From Lysobacter sp. (GTDB taxonomy: Bacteria; Pseudomonadota; Gammaproteobacteria; Xanthomonadales; Xanthomonadaceae), in assembly GCA_035759805.1 (NCBI GenBank), contig DASTUE010000058.1, forward strand, positions 7,793 to 71,792: a stretch of 64,000 nt of DNA, given 5' to 3'. Positions 45,325 through 55,700 of this stretch are shown one piece after another (the first letter of the stretch is position 1; the number at the start of each line of letters is the position of its first letter). The notes under the pieces are model-generated. The model saw only the letters and a program-made list of their open reading frames with translations, was not told the origin of the DNA and did no database searches. The position numbers and the translations under genes were made by a program.

Positions 45325-48300
45325 ATGATCACGAAAACACCCATTGCCATGGAGCAAACCGGACTGCTGGATGTGTTGCCGTTGCGGGCGATCCCGGCCG
45401 ATGACGAACTGCGACGCCAGCGTTTTTTCTTGTCGGCAGACGATTCGTTGGGAGCTGCTTTGCGCGAGTGCAGCGTGACGGCGGGCGATGTGCTCGTCGC
45501 GGCACTGGCACTGGTCGAGTCGCGTCTGACGGGCGCGGATGGCGTGCTGGCCACGCGGATCACGGGTGCGGATATTTCCCAGTGCGTCGTCGATCCGGCA
45601 TCGCGGGATCGCGTGGCTGCGGTTCATGCTCCATCCGGGCACGGGCCGTCGGAGCCTGCGCCGACGCCGTTGGCCGCGACCCCGCCGCGGGCGGTCGCAT
45701 GGGCCGTGCTTGATGACGATACGCAGCCGGCCGCACTGCAGGATTGGACAACGTCGATCTGGCAGCTGCGCGCGGGTTCGCCGCCATCGATCGAGGTGAG
45801 CTATCGCCCGTCGTTGGCCGATGACGTCGTGAACATGCTCGGGACTCGCGTGCAGTTGGCGATCACGTCCTGGATCGCCGGGGACGAGGCGCCGGATCTG
45901 CTGGATCCGGATGAGCGGCAACGGCAGCTGGTGGACTGGAACCGGACCACCCGGTCCCGTCCGCCGTATCCCACCGTGCAGGGGCTGTTCGCCGCGATGC
46001 GCGATGCCTCGCCGTCGGCGGTCGCGGTGGTGGATGGCGACACATCGCTGACCTATGCCCAGCTCGACCGGCAATCACGGGAAGTGGCTCGCCGTTTGCG
46101 CGCGCAGGGGGTCCATCCTGGCGATGTGGTGGCGGTGGCAATGGAACGTTCGGCCGCCGCGATCGTGGCGGTGCTGGGAGTGTTGAAGGCCGGCGCCGCC
46201 TATCTTCCGCTGGACCTGAAGCACCCGGCCGAGCGTCTGGAATTCATGCTCAAGGATGCCCGCGCAACCGTCGTGCTGGTCGGTGATGCCGATGCCAGTG
46301 CGCTGCCCGGATCCGTCCAGCGCATCGTCGTGGATGCCACACAAACGGATGGCGGCGAGTCCGGCAGCGCGGCCGAGCCTGACGATGCGATCGGCGATGG
46401 CGAATCGCTGGCCTACGTGATGTACACCTCCGGCTCGACCGGCCAGCCCAAGGGTGTGGAAATCCGCCACTGCTCGATCCTGCGACTGGTGTGCGGCGTG
46501 GACTACATCGAACTGGACCCGCAGACGCGCTTCCTGCATGCCGCGCCCCTGGGTTTCGATGCCTCCACGCTGGAGATCTGGGGCGCTTTGCTCAACGGCG
46601 GCTGCGTCGTCGTGCACGGGGAGACAACGCCCACCGGTGCAGGCCTGGCGACGTGCATTGCCGCACACGACGTCACCACCGCGTGGCTGACGGCGGCATT
46701 GTTCAACGCAGTGGTCGATGAGGATCCGCGCCAGCTGGCCGGGCTGCGCCAGTTGCTCACCGGCGGCGAGGCGCTGTCGGTGGCGCATGTCCGGCGGATG
46801 CTCGCCGCCGCGCCGGGCACGCGCCTGCACAACGGCTACGGGCCGACCGAGTGCACTACGTTCACCTGCACCTGGGAGATCCCGGCCGACTTCCCGGCCG
46901 ATGCGGGGAATGTCCCGATCGGCCGGCCGATCGCCAACACCCGCGTCTACGTGCTCAACGCGCGCCGCGAGCCGGTGCCGGTCGGCGTGATCGGCGAGTT
47001 GTACGTCGGCGGTGAGGGGCTGGCGCGCGGGTATCTCAATCAGCCCGGACTGACCGGTGAGCGCTTCGTGCCCGACCCGTTCGGAGCACCGGGCGAGCGG
47101 CTGTATCGCACCGGCGACCAGGTGCGTTACCGCCCCGACGGGATCATCGAGTTCGTCGGCCGGGTCGATACCCAGGTCAAGATCCGCGGCTTCCGCATCG
47201 AGCTGGCGGAGATCGAAGCGGCGCTCGCCAGCCATCCCTCGATCCGGGCTTGCGCCGTGCTGGCATGCGCCGACCCGGCGGGTGACAAGCGCCTGGTGGC
47301 GTATTGCGTGGCGGCGGGCAACGGATTTTCCGAGCCGGCCTTGCGTGCCTACCTTGCCGCGAAACTGCCCGAGTTCATGCTGCCGGCGCGCTATGTCCGC
47401 ATGGATGCGCTGCCGGTGACCGAGAACGGCAAGCTCGATCGGCGCGCGTTGCCGGCACCCGATCGCAGCCGTCCCGAACTGGCGTGCGCCTACGAGCCGC
47501 CAGTCGACGAGGCCGAGCGGCGGATCTGCCAGGCGTTCAGCGAGTTGCTGGATATCGACCAGGTGGGCCGGCACGACAATTTCTTCGAGCTGGGCGGCAA
47601 CTCGCTGCTGGGCCTGCGCCTGCTGGAGAGGATCCGTCCGGCCGGGTCCGCGGCCGGTATTCCGGCCACGGCACTGTTCCACAGTCCGACCGCGGCCACC
47701 CTGGCGAAGGCCATCCAAGGCCGGGACGGACCTGCGATTGATCCGGCGCGTCTGGCGCATCGGGTACGGCACACCGGCCGCGACGGAGCCGACGATCCCA
47801 TCGCCATCGTCGGCATGGCGGGGCGGTTCCCGGGTGCGGCGGATGTCGAGGCGTTCTGGCAGAACCTGTGCGAAGGACGCGACTCGATCACGGTCTTCGG
47901 CCTGGACGGGCTGGATCCGGCGGTGAGCGAGGCCGATCGCGCGAACCCGCTGTACGTGCCGGCGCGCGGCGTGATCGACGAGGTGGAGCAGTTCGACGCC
48001 GGTTTCTTCGGCATCAGCCCGCGGCAGGCCGAGTTGATGGACCCGCAGCAACGGATCTTCCTGGAGCTGTGCTGGGAGTGCCTGGAGCGCGCCGGCCACG
48101 TGCCCGATGCGAGCGTCGGACCGGTCGGCGTATTCGCCGGGATGTACAACGCGACCTATTTCCAGCGCCATGTCGCCGCGCACCCGGAGCTGGTCGACCG
48201 GGTTGGCGCGTTCCAGGTGATGCTCGACAACGAGAAGGACTACATCGCCACGCGGGTGGCGCACAAGCTCAACCTGACCGGCCCGGCCGTCAGCGTGCAT

Positions 48301-51300
48301 ACCGGCTGCTCGACCTCGCTGGTCGCCATCTGCCAGGCGGTCGACAGCCTGCGTGGCGGACAGTGCGACATGGCCCTTGCCGGCGGCATCGCGGTGACCT
48401 GCCCGCCGCGCAGCGGCTATCCGTACCAGGAGGGTGCGATGCTCTCGCCCGACGGGCACACGCGCACGTTCGACGTGCAGGCGCAGGGCACGGTGTTCAG
48501 CGATGGCGGGGCGGTGGTGCTGCTCAAGCGGTTGTCGGATGCGCGGGCCGATGGCAATCCCATCTATGCGGTCATCCGGGGGCGCGCGGTCAACAACGAT
48601 GGCGGCGACAAGGCCAGTTTCACCGCGCCCAGCATGCAGGGGCAGGCGGCGGTGGTGTCGATGGCGCTCGACGACGCGGGCGTGGAGGCACGCACGATCG
48701 GCTACGTCGAGACCCACGGCACCGCGACTCCGTTGGGCGATCCGATCGAGATCGAGGGCCTGGCCACGGCGTTCCGCCGCACGACGTCCGACATCGGTTT
48801 CTGCCGCATCGGCTCGCTCAAGAGCAACGTCGGCCACATGGTCACCGGCGCTGGCGCGGCGGGCGTCATCAAGGCTGCGCTGTCGCTCTCCCGGCAGTGC
48901 ATTCCGGCCAGCATCCATTTCAGCCGGCCGAACCCGGCCATCGATTTCGCCGCCTCGCCGTTCGTGGTGAATGCGGCACTGCATGACTGGCCTGCCGGCG
49001 AGCTGCCGCGTCGCGCCGGTGTCAGCTCTTTTGGCGTAGGCGGCACCAACGCACATGTCGTGCTGGAAGAGGCGCCGCCGCCGGTGCCGTCCGAACCTGC
49101 CAGTGGTCCGCAGTTGCTGGTGCTGTCGGCGCGTACGCCGGCCGCACTGGGGAGAGCTGCCGGATTGCTGGCGGACCACCTTGATGCAGACCCCGATGCG
49201 AACCTGGCCGACGTGGCGTGGACGCTGGCGGTCGGCCGCAAGGGCTTCGCCCATCGTGTGTCGATCGTCGCCGCGGACACGCCGGCCGCGGTCGCGGCGC
49301 TGCGCAGCCCGGAAGTCGCCGCCAGCGCGGCCCGCAGCCGGCCGGCGCGGGCGGGCGGCGTGGTGTTCCTGTTCCCGGGGCAGGGCGCGACCTATCCGGG
49401 CATGGGCCGGGGACTCTACGACGCCGAACCCGCATTCCGGGCCGCATTCGATGCCTGCAACGAGGTGTTGGGCGACTCCCTCGGCTTCGATCTGCGGGAG
49501 CGGGTTTTCAGTGACGACCCGCAGGCGTTGCTGCCCACCTCGGTGATGCAGCCGGCGACCTTTGCCGTCGAATACGCGTTGGCGAAATGGTGGATGAGCC
49601 TGGGCATCGTCCCGGCGGCGATGGTCGGCCACAGCGTCGGCGAGTTCGTGGCCGCGACCCTGGCGGGCGTGTTCACCCTGGCGGATGGCCTGCATCTGGT
49701 GGCGCGGCGCGGCGCGTTGATGCAGGCGCAGCCGACCGGAGCGATGTTGTCGGTACGCCTGTCGCTGGAGCAGTTGCAGCCGCGCCTGTCGGGCGGCCTG
49801 TCGCTGGCGGCGGAGAACGCGCCCGGCGCCTGCGTGGTGGCCGGAACGCACGAGGCGATCGCCGCGTTCCAGGCCCGGCTCGACAGCGAAGGCGTCGCGT
49901 GCCGGTTGCTGGAGACCTCGCACGCCTTCCATTCGGAAATGATGGAGCCGGTGGTCGAGCCGTTCCGCGCCGAACTGGCGGGCATGGCGCTGTCGGCCCC
50001 GACGATCCCGCTGGTGTCGACCGCCACGGGCACCTGGCTGGGCGCCGATGCGGCGACTTCGGTCGAGTACTGGGCCCGCCATCTGCTCGAGCCGGTGCGT
50101 TTCGCCGCGGCGCTGGGTCAGGTAATCGATCACGAGCCTGCACGCGTCCTGCTGGAGGTTGGTCCCCGCGCGAGCTTGAGCCGCTTGTCGCGGCAGCACC
50201 CCGACGTGCAGAAGAGCCAGGTCGCGAGTATCGCGTCGCTGGACGCCACACCGGACGCCGAGGTGGCGAGCGTGCGCCAGGCTGCCGGCCAACTGTGGAG
50301 CCGTGGCGTGGCGCTGGACCCCGCGGTATTCGATCGGCGCAGCCTGCGTCATCGCCTGCGCCTGCCCACCTATCCCTTCGAGCGCAAGCGCCACTGGGTC
50401 GAGGCACTGGCGGCACCGCGTGCTATTTCCCTGTCAGTCGTCGCCCCGGGCACGGCATTGGAGTCCGTCATGTTGAACCCGACTTCCTCCCCCGGCGTTG
50501 CACCGCCTGCTGCGGGTAGCGATGCGCAAACCGGCAACAGCGCGCGTCGGCAGCGGTTGGCCGCACAGGTCAACGACGTCGTCGAAGACGTTGCCGGCTT
50601 CGACCTGGCCGATGCCGACGCATCGACGAATTTCATCGAGCTCGGGCTGGACAGCCTGATGCTGACCCAGGTCGCGTTGCAGTTGCAGAAGACCTTCCAG
50701 GTGAAGGTCACGTTCCGCCAGTTGATGGGCGAGTGCTCGAGCCTGGAAGGGCTGGTGGCGATGCTTGACGCGCAGTTGCCCGCCGATGAGCTGCCGCCAG
50801 TGCCAATGCCTGTCGTGCCGCCCGCCACTGTTTCTGCACCTGCACCTGCACCTGCACCTGCGGCTACGGTCGCGATGGCCGGCCCGGCGATGCAGGCATC
50901 GATGGCGACCTCATCCGATGGCGGAGAATTCGCCCGTCAGGTGATCGCCCAGCAGATGCAGTTGATGGGCCAGCAACTGGCGCTGCTGTCGGGCGTCGGC
51001 GTGGCGGCTCCGGCATCGGTCGCCTTGGCATCGCCTCCGGCGGCCGTTGCGCCGGAGGCCGCACCCGCACCCGCACCCGCACCCGGCGTGGCCGTTGCGG
51101 CATCGGCGACGACAACTACCGACGGTGCCGACGAGGAAGCCGCGCTCGCCCACACCACGTACGACGTCAAGAAGGCCTTCGGCGCGATCGCCCGCATCGA
51201 CAACAACGCGCGCTTCCAGCTCACCGGGCGCCAGCGGGAAAAGCTTGACGCCTTCATCGACCGCTACGTCACCCGCACCCATAAATCCAAGGCCTACACC

Positions 51301-52704
51301 CGGCAACACCGGCCGCACATGGCCGATCCGCGCGTGGTCAACGGCTTCCGCCCGCTGCTCAAGGAGATCATTTACCAGATCGTGATCGAGCGCTCGAAGG
51401 GCGCGCACCTGCAGGATCTGGACGGCAACGACTATGTCGACGCCCTCAACGGTTTCGGCATGAGCCTGTTCGGCTGGCAGCCGGATTTCGTGCTCGATGC
51501 CGTGCGCGCGCAGCTGGAGCTGGGGTACGAGATCGGCCCGCAGCATCCGCTGGCGGGTGAGGTCGCGCAGCTGGCCTGCGAGGTCACCGGCCACGACCGC
51601 GCGGCCCTGTGCAACACCGGATCGGAAGCCGTGCTGGGTGCGCTGCGGATCGCGCGCACGGTGACCGGGCGCGAGACGGTGGTGCTGTTCACCGGTTCCT
51701 ACCACGGCATCATCGACGAGATGATCGTGCGCGGCACCAAAAAGCTGCGTGCTGTTCCGGCCGCGCCGGGCATCCTGCGCAACACCGCCGAGCATGTGAT
51801 GGTGCTCGATTACGGCACTCCCGAGTCACTGGAGATCATCCGCGCCCACGCCGGCGAGATTGCCGCGGTGCTGGTGGAGCCGGTGCAGAGCCGCCGTCCG
51901 GATTTCCAGCCGGTGGAGTTCCTGCGCGAGCTGCGCACGCTCACCCGCGAGTCGGGTGCACTGCTGGTGTTCGACGAGGTGGTGACCGGCTTCCGCGCGC
52001 ATCCGGCCGGCATCCAGGGGCTGTTCGGCATCCCGGCCGACCTGGCCACCTATGGCAAGGTCGTCGGCGGTGGATTCCCGATCGGCCTGATCGCCGGCAA
52101 GCGCGAATACATGGACGCGCTCGACGGCGGCCAATGGCAGTTCGGCGACGATTCGGTGCCGACCGTCGGCGTGACCTATTTCGCCGGCACCTTCGTCCGC
52201 CACCCGCTGGCACTGGCTGCGGCGAAAGCCGTGCTGACCCACATCCAGCAACAGGGCCCGCAACTGCAGGAGCGCCTGAATGCACGGGTCGCGGCGATGG
52301 TCGACGAACTCAACGCGTTCTGTGCCGACGCCGGGGCGCCGGTGGCGATCAAGTACTTCGCATCGGTCTGGAAGACCCAGTTCCTGGAAGACCATCCGCT
52401 GCAGGACCTGCTGTTCGCGATGATGCGCAGTCGCGGCATCCACATCCTCGACAACTTCCCGTGCTTCCTGACCACCGCCCACAGCGAGGCGGATTTCCAG
52501 CGCATCGTCCAGGCGTTCAAGGACTCGATCGTCGAGTTGCAGGAGGCCGGGTTCCTGCCGCGCCACCTCGTTACGCCACGCACGGCGATGGATGCCAGCA
52601 GGCCGCCGGTGCCCGATGCGCGCATCGGTCGCGGCCCGGACGGATGTCCCGGCTGGTACGTGCCCAATCCCGATGCGCCCGGCAAGTTCCTGAAGGTGGG
52701 TTGA
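45325..52704 (+). CDS. Hybrid NRPS/type I PKS: A-T-KS-AT-ACP-aminotransferase
   Basis: A: YTSGSTGQPKG, YGPTE, YRTGD; T: GGNSL; KS: TGCSTS, HGTATP, NVGH; AT: GHSVG, HAFH; ACP: GLDSL; class III aminotransferase: FDEVVTGFR, YGKVVGGG. Confidence 0.95.
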   Translation: MITKTPIAMEQTGLLDVLPLRAIPADDELRRQRFFLSADDSLGAALRECSVTAGDVLVAALALVESRLTGADGVLATRITGADISQCVVDPASRDRVAAVHAPSGHGPSEPAPTPLAATPPRAVAWAVLDDDTQPAALQDWTTSIWQLRAGSPPSIEVSYRPSLADDVVNMLGTRVQLAITSWIAGDEAPDLLDPDERQRQLVDWNRTTRSRPPYPTVQGLFAAMRDASPSAVAVVDGDTSLTYAQLDRQSREVARRLRAQGVHPGDVVAVAMERSAAAIVAVLGVLKAGAAYLPLDLKHPAERLEFMLKDARATVVLVGDADASALPGSVQRIVVDATQTDGGESGSAAEPDDAIGDGESLAYVMYTSGSTGQPKGVEIRHCSILRLVCGVDYIELDPQTRFLHAAPLGFDASTLEIWGALLNGGCVVVHGETTPTGAGLATCIAAHDVTTAWLTAALFNAVVDEDPRQLAGLRQLLTGGEALSVAHVRRMLAAAPGTRLHNGYGPTECTTFTCTWEIPADFPADAGNVPIGRPIANTRVYVLNARREPVPVGVIGELYVGGEGLARGYLNQPGLTGERFVPDPFGAPGERLYRTGDQVRYRPDGIIEFVGRVDTQVKIRGFRIELAEIEAALASHPSIRACAVLACADPAGDKRLVAYCVAAGNGFSEPALRAYLAAKLPEFMLPARYVRMDALPVTENGKLDRRALPAPDRSRPELACAYEPPVDEAERRICQAFSELLDIDQVGRHDNFFELGGNSLLGLRLLERIRPAGSAAGIPATALFHSPTAATLAKAIQGRDGPAIDPARLAHRVRHTGRDGADDPIAIVGMAGRFPGAADVEAFWQNLCEGRDSITVFGLDGLDPAVSEADRANPLYVPARGVIDEVEQFDAGFFGISPRQAELMDPQQRIFLELCWECLERAGHVPDASVGPVGVFAGMYNATYFQRHVAAHPELVDRVGAFQVMLDNEKDYIATRVAHKLNLTGPAVSVHTGCSTSLVAICQAVDSLRGGQCDMALAGGIAVTCPPRSGYPYQEGAMLSPDGHTRTFDVQAQGTVFSDGGAVVLLKRLSDARADGNPIYAVIRGRAVNNDGGDKASFTAPSMQGQAAVVSMALDDAGVEARTIGYVETHGTATPLGDPIEIEGLATAFRRTTSDIGFCRIGSLKSNVGHMVTGAGAAGVIKAALSLSRQCIPASIHFSRPNPAIDFAASPFVVNAALHDWPAGELPRRAGVSSFGVGGTNAHVVLEEAPPPVPSEPASGPQLLVLSARTPAALGRAAGLLADHLDADPDANLADVAWTLAVGRKGFAHRVSIVAADTPAAVAALRSPEVAASAARSRPARAGGVVFLFPGQGATYPGMGRGLYDAEPAFRAAFDACNEVLGDSLGFDLRERVFSDDPQALLPTSVMQPATFAVEYALAKWWMSLGIVPAAMVGHSVGEFVAATLAGVFTLADGLHLVARRGALMQAQPTGAMLSVRLSLEQLQPRLSGGLSLAAENAPGACVVAGTHEAIAAFQARLDSEGVACRLLETSHAFHSEMMEPVVEPFRAELAGMALSAPTIPLVSTATGTWLGADAATSVEYWARHLLEPVRFAAALGQVIDHEPARVLLEVGPRASLSRLSRQHPDVQKSQVASIASLDATPDAEVASVRQAAGQLWSRGVALDPAVFDRRSLRHRLRLPTYPFERKRHWVEALAAPRAISLSVVAPGTALESVMLNPTSSPGVAPPAAGSDAQTGNSARRQRLAAQVNDVVEDVAGFDLADADASTNFIELGLDSLMLTQVALQLQKTFQVKVTFRQLMGECSSLEGLVAMLDAQLPADELPPVPMPVVPPATVSAPAPAPAPAATVAMAGPAMQASMATSSDGGEFARQVIAQQMQLMGQQLALLSGVGVAAPASVALASPPAAVAPEAAPAPAPAPGVAVAASATTTTDGADEEAALAHTTYDVKKAFGAIARIDNNARFQLTGRQREKLDAFIDRYVTRTHKSKAYTRQHRPHMADPRVVNGFRPLLKEIIYQIVIERSKGAHLQDLDGNDYVDALNGFGMSLFGWQPDFVLDAVRAQLELGYEIGPQHPLAGEVAQLACEVTGHDRAALCNTGSEAVLGALRIARTVTGRETVVLFTGSYHGIIDEMIVRGTKKLRAVPAAPGILRNTAEHVMVLDYGTPESLEIIRAHAGEIAAVLVEPVQSRRPDFQPVEFLRELRTLTRESGALLVFDEVVTGFRAHPAGIQGLFGIPADLATYGKVVGGGFPIGLIAGKREYMDALDGGQWQFGDDSVPTVGVTYFAGTFVRHPLALAAAKAVLTHIQQQGPQLQERLNARVAAMVDELNAFCADAGAPVAIKYFASVWKTQFLEDHPLQDLLFAMMRSRGIHILDNFPCFLTTAHSEADFQRIVQAFKDSIVELQEAGFLPRHLVTPRTAMDASRPPVPDARIGRGPDGCPGWYVPNPDAPGKFLKVG
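50834..50861 (+). repeat. (CTGCAC)n tandem repeat encoding an Ala-Pro linker
   Basis: Read directly in the ACP-aminotransferase linker. Confidence 0.85.
51061..51084 (+). repeat. (GCACCC)4 tandem repeat encoding an Ala-Pro linker
   Basis: Read directly. Confidence 0.85.
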
Positions 52705-52706
52705 TC

Positions 52707-55700
52707 ATGAGCACCCGTTACGGTGCGGCCCAGGTTGCCGCGATCGATTACGACCCGTTTGCCAGCGGGCAGGTGGTGCGGGTGGTGCCGACCACCGAAC
52801 CGCAGCGGGAGATCTGGCTCGCCGACCAACTGGGCACGGATGCGTCACTCGCGTTCAACGAGTCGGTATCGCTGCGGCTGCGCGGGGCACTGGATGCGGA
52901 CGCGCTGCAGGAGGCCTTGCGCGGCCTGCTGGACCGACACAGCGCGCTGCGCACCAACCTGGGTCCGGATGGTGAAACCCAGTGCGTGCTGGACCGGGTG
53001 GAACTGACACTTGATTGCATCGATCTGACGGGCTTGAGCGCCGACCAGCGCAACGCGACGGTTGCCGAGCGCCTGCGGTTGGCGGTGGAGACCCCGTTCG
53101 ACCTGCGGCACGACCGCCTGTTCCGGGCCGAGTTGATGCGCCTGGCGCCCGACGAACACCTGCTGGTGCTGACCGCGCACCACATCGTGTGCGACGGCTG
53201 GTCGTGGTGGGTGCTGGTGCAGGACCTGGGTGCGCTGTACGCCAGTCAGCGTGACCGGGATGCGCCGCCGCTTCCGCCGGTCGAGTCGTTCTCCGACTAC
53301 GCCCTCGCCGAGGCCGGCGATGCGGCGCGTACGGCCAGCGCCGACGACGAGGCGTACTGGCTGTCGCGCTTTGCCGACAGCGTGCCGGTGCTCGAGCTGC
53401 CGACCGACCGTCCACGCCCGTCACGGCGCAGCTTTGCCTCCCGGCGCGAGGATCATGTGATCGATGCCGAACTGGTCGCCGCCGTCAGGCATGCGGGTGC
53501 CAGCCGCGGGGTGAGCATGTTCGCGACGTTGCTGGCGGCGCTGGCCAGCCTGATGTCGCGTCTGACGGGACAGTCGCAGGTGGTGGTCGGCATCCCGGCC
53601 GCGGGGCAGGCGGTGGATGGGCACGAGCGCCTGGTCGGCCATTGCGTCAACCTGCTGCCGTTGCGGTTCGATCTCGACCCGGCGCAGTCGTTCGAACAGG
53701 TCCTGGCAGAGGCCCAGGACACCCTGCTGGATGCCATCGAGCACCAGCGCTACACCTTCGGCACGCTGTTGAAGACGCTGAAGGTCGAGCGCGATCCGGC
53801 GCGGCTGCCGCTGGTCAGCCTGATGTTCAACATCGATCAGGCGCTGGAGCGCGAGACGACCGGTTTCCCCGGCCTGTCGATGACGTTCGACAGCAACCCG
53901 CGCAGCTTCGAGAACTTCGAGATCTTCATCAATGCCGTCCATGATCACGGCACCCTGCGGCTGGAGTGCCAGTACAACACCGACCTGTTCGATGCGGCCA
54001 CGATCCGGCGCTGGCTGGCCGCGTATGAATCCCTGTTGCGCGCCGCGGTAGCCAATCCCGCCGCGCTCGCGGCGAGCCTGCCGCTGGTGGATGCCGAGGC
54101 GTATGCCAAGCTGGAAGCCCTGCAGCCCGAGCCCGTGCCATACGACCGCCAGCGACGCATGCACGAGGCGTTCGAGGCCCAGTGCGACCGCAGCCCGGAG
54201 CGGGTCGCGCTGGAGTTCGCGGGGCGGATTCTGACCTACGCGCAACTGGAGGAACGGGCCAACCGCATCGCCCACCTGCTGCGCGCGCGGGGCGTCAAAC
54301 GCGGCGGACTGGTCGGCATCGCGCTGGATCGCGGGACGGACATGGTGGCGGGTGTGCTTGGCATCCTGAAGGCCGGTGCCGGCTATGTGCCGCTGGACCC
54401 GCAGTTTCCCGCCGAACGCCTCGCCTACATGGCCGGAGACGCCGGCCTGGCCGCGCTGCTGACCCAGCACGCGCATGCGGCGAAGTTCGACCTGCGCGGC
54501 CGCGCCGTGCTGATGCTGGACCGGCTGGAGGATGAGCTGGCGGCCATGCCGACCCTGCGGCTGGGCCGCGACGCGGATGCCGCCGGGCCCGAGTCGGTCG
54601 CCTATGTCATCTACACCTCCGGTTCGACCGGCCGGCCGAAGGGGGTGCAGGTGCCGCATCGCGCGGTCGCGAACTTCCTGGTCGGCATGCTGGAAACCCC
54701 GGGAATCCAGACGGAGGATCGGCTGCTGGCGGTGACCACGCTGTCGTTCGATATCGCGGTGCTGGAACTGATGCTGCCGCTGTGCGTGGGCGCGCGGGTG
54801 GTGCTCGCGGACCGCGACACGGCCATGGATGGCGCGGCGTTGAACCGCATGCTGGTGTCGTCGGGGGCGACCCTGATGCAGGCCACGCCGGCAACCTGGA
54901 GGTTGCTGCTGGAAGCCGGCTGGGCGGGCGCTCCCGGATTCGCCATCCTGTGCGGCGGCGAGCCGCTGCCGGCCGATCTGGCCAGCGCGCTGCTGCCGCG
55001 CTGCGGCGCGCTGTGGAACCTCTACGGCCCGACCGAGACGACGGTGTGGTCGACCGTCGCGAGGGTGCGGCAGGCCCCCGGCCGGCCGGTGCCGGATATC
55101 CATATCGGCCGCCCGATCGCCAACACCCGCATCTGGATCCTCGACGAGCGGGGCGGCGTCTGCCCGCGCGGCGTACCCGGCGAGATCTGCATCGGCGGCG
55201 ATGGCGTCACCCTGGGCTATCTGGACCGTCCCGAGCTGACGGCGGAGCGCTTCGTCCCCGATGGCTTTGCCGGTGGTTCCGCCGCGACGGCGGCACCGCT
55301 GCTGTACCGGACCGGCGACCTGGGCCGCTGGCGTCCGGACGGGAACCTCGAACACCTCGGGCGGCTGGATTTCCAGGTCAAGGTGCGCGGCTACCGTATC
55401 GAGCTGGGTGAAATCGAGAGCAACCTGGCGGGCCATCTGGACGTCGCACGCGCGGTGGTGGTGGCGCGCGAGGACCGCCCCGGCGATGTGCGCCTGGTGG
55501 CCTACGTGGTGCCACGCAATGGGTGCAATCCGGAGTCGGCCGCGCTGGCTGCCCACCTGCGCCGCACCCTGCCGGACTACATGGTTCCGCAGCACTTCGT
55601 GATGCTGGATGCGATTCCGCTCATGCCCAATGGCAAGGTCGATCGCAAGGCCTTGCCGGCGCCCGATGCGGGCAATGCGGGCGATGCCCCCCGTACGGAG

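Noticed and set aside
51609..52706. 366-aa N-terminal extension of the second NRPS in the ORF track
   Set aside because: It overlaps the aminotransferase domain of the upstream gene in another frame and is Arg/Pro-rich; the ATG at 52707, 2 nt after the upstream stop, is the plausible start.
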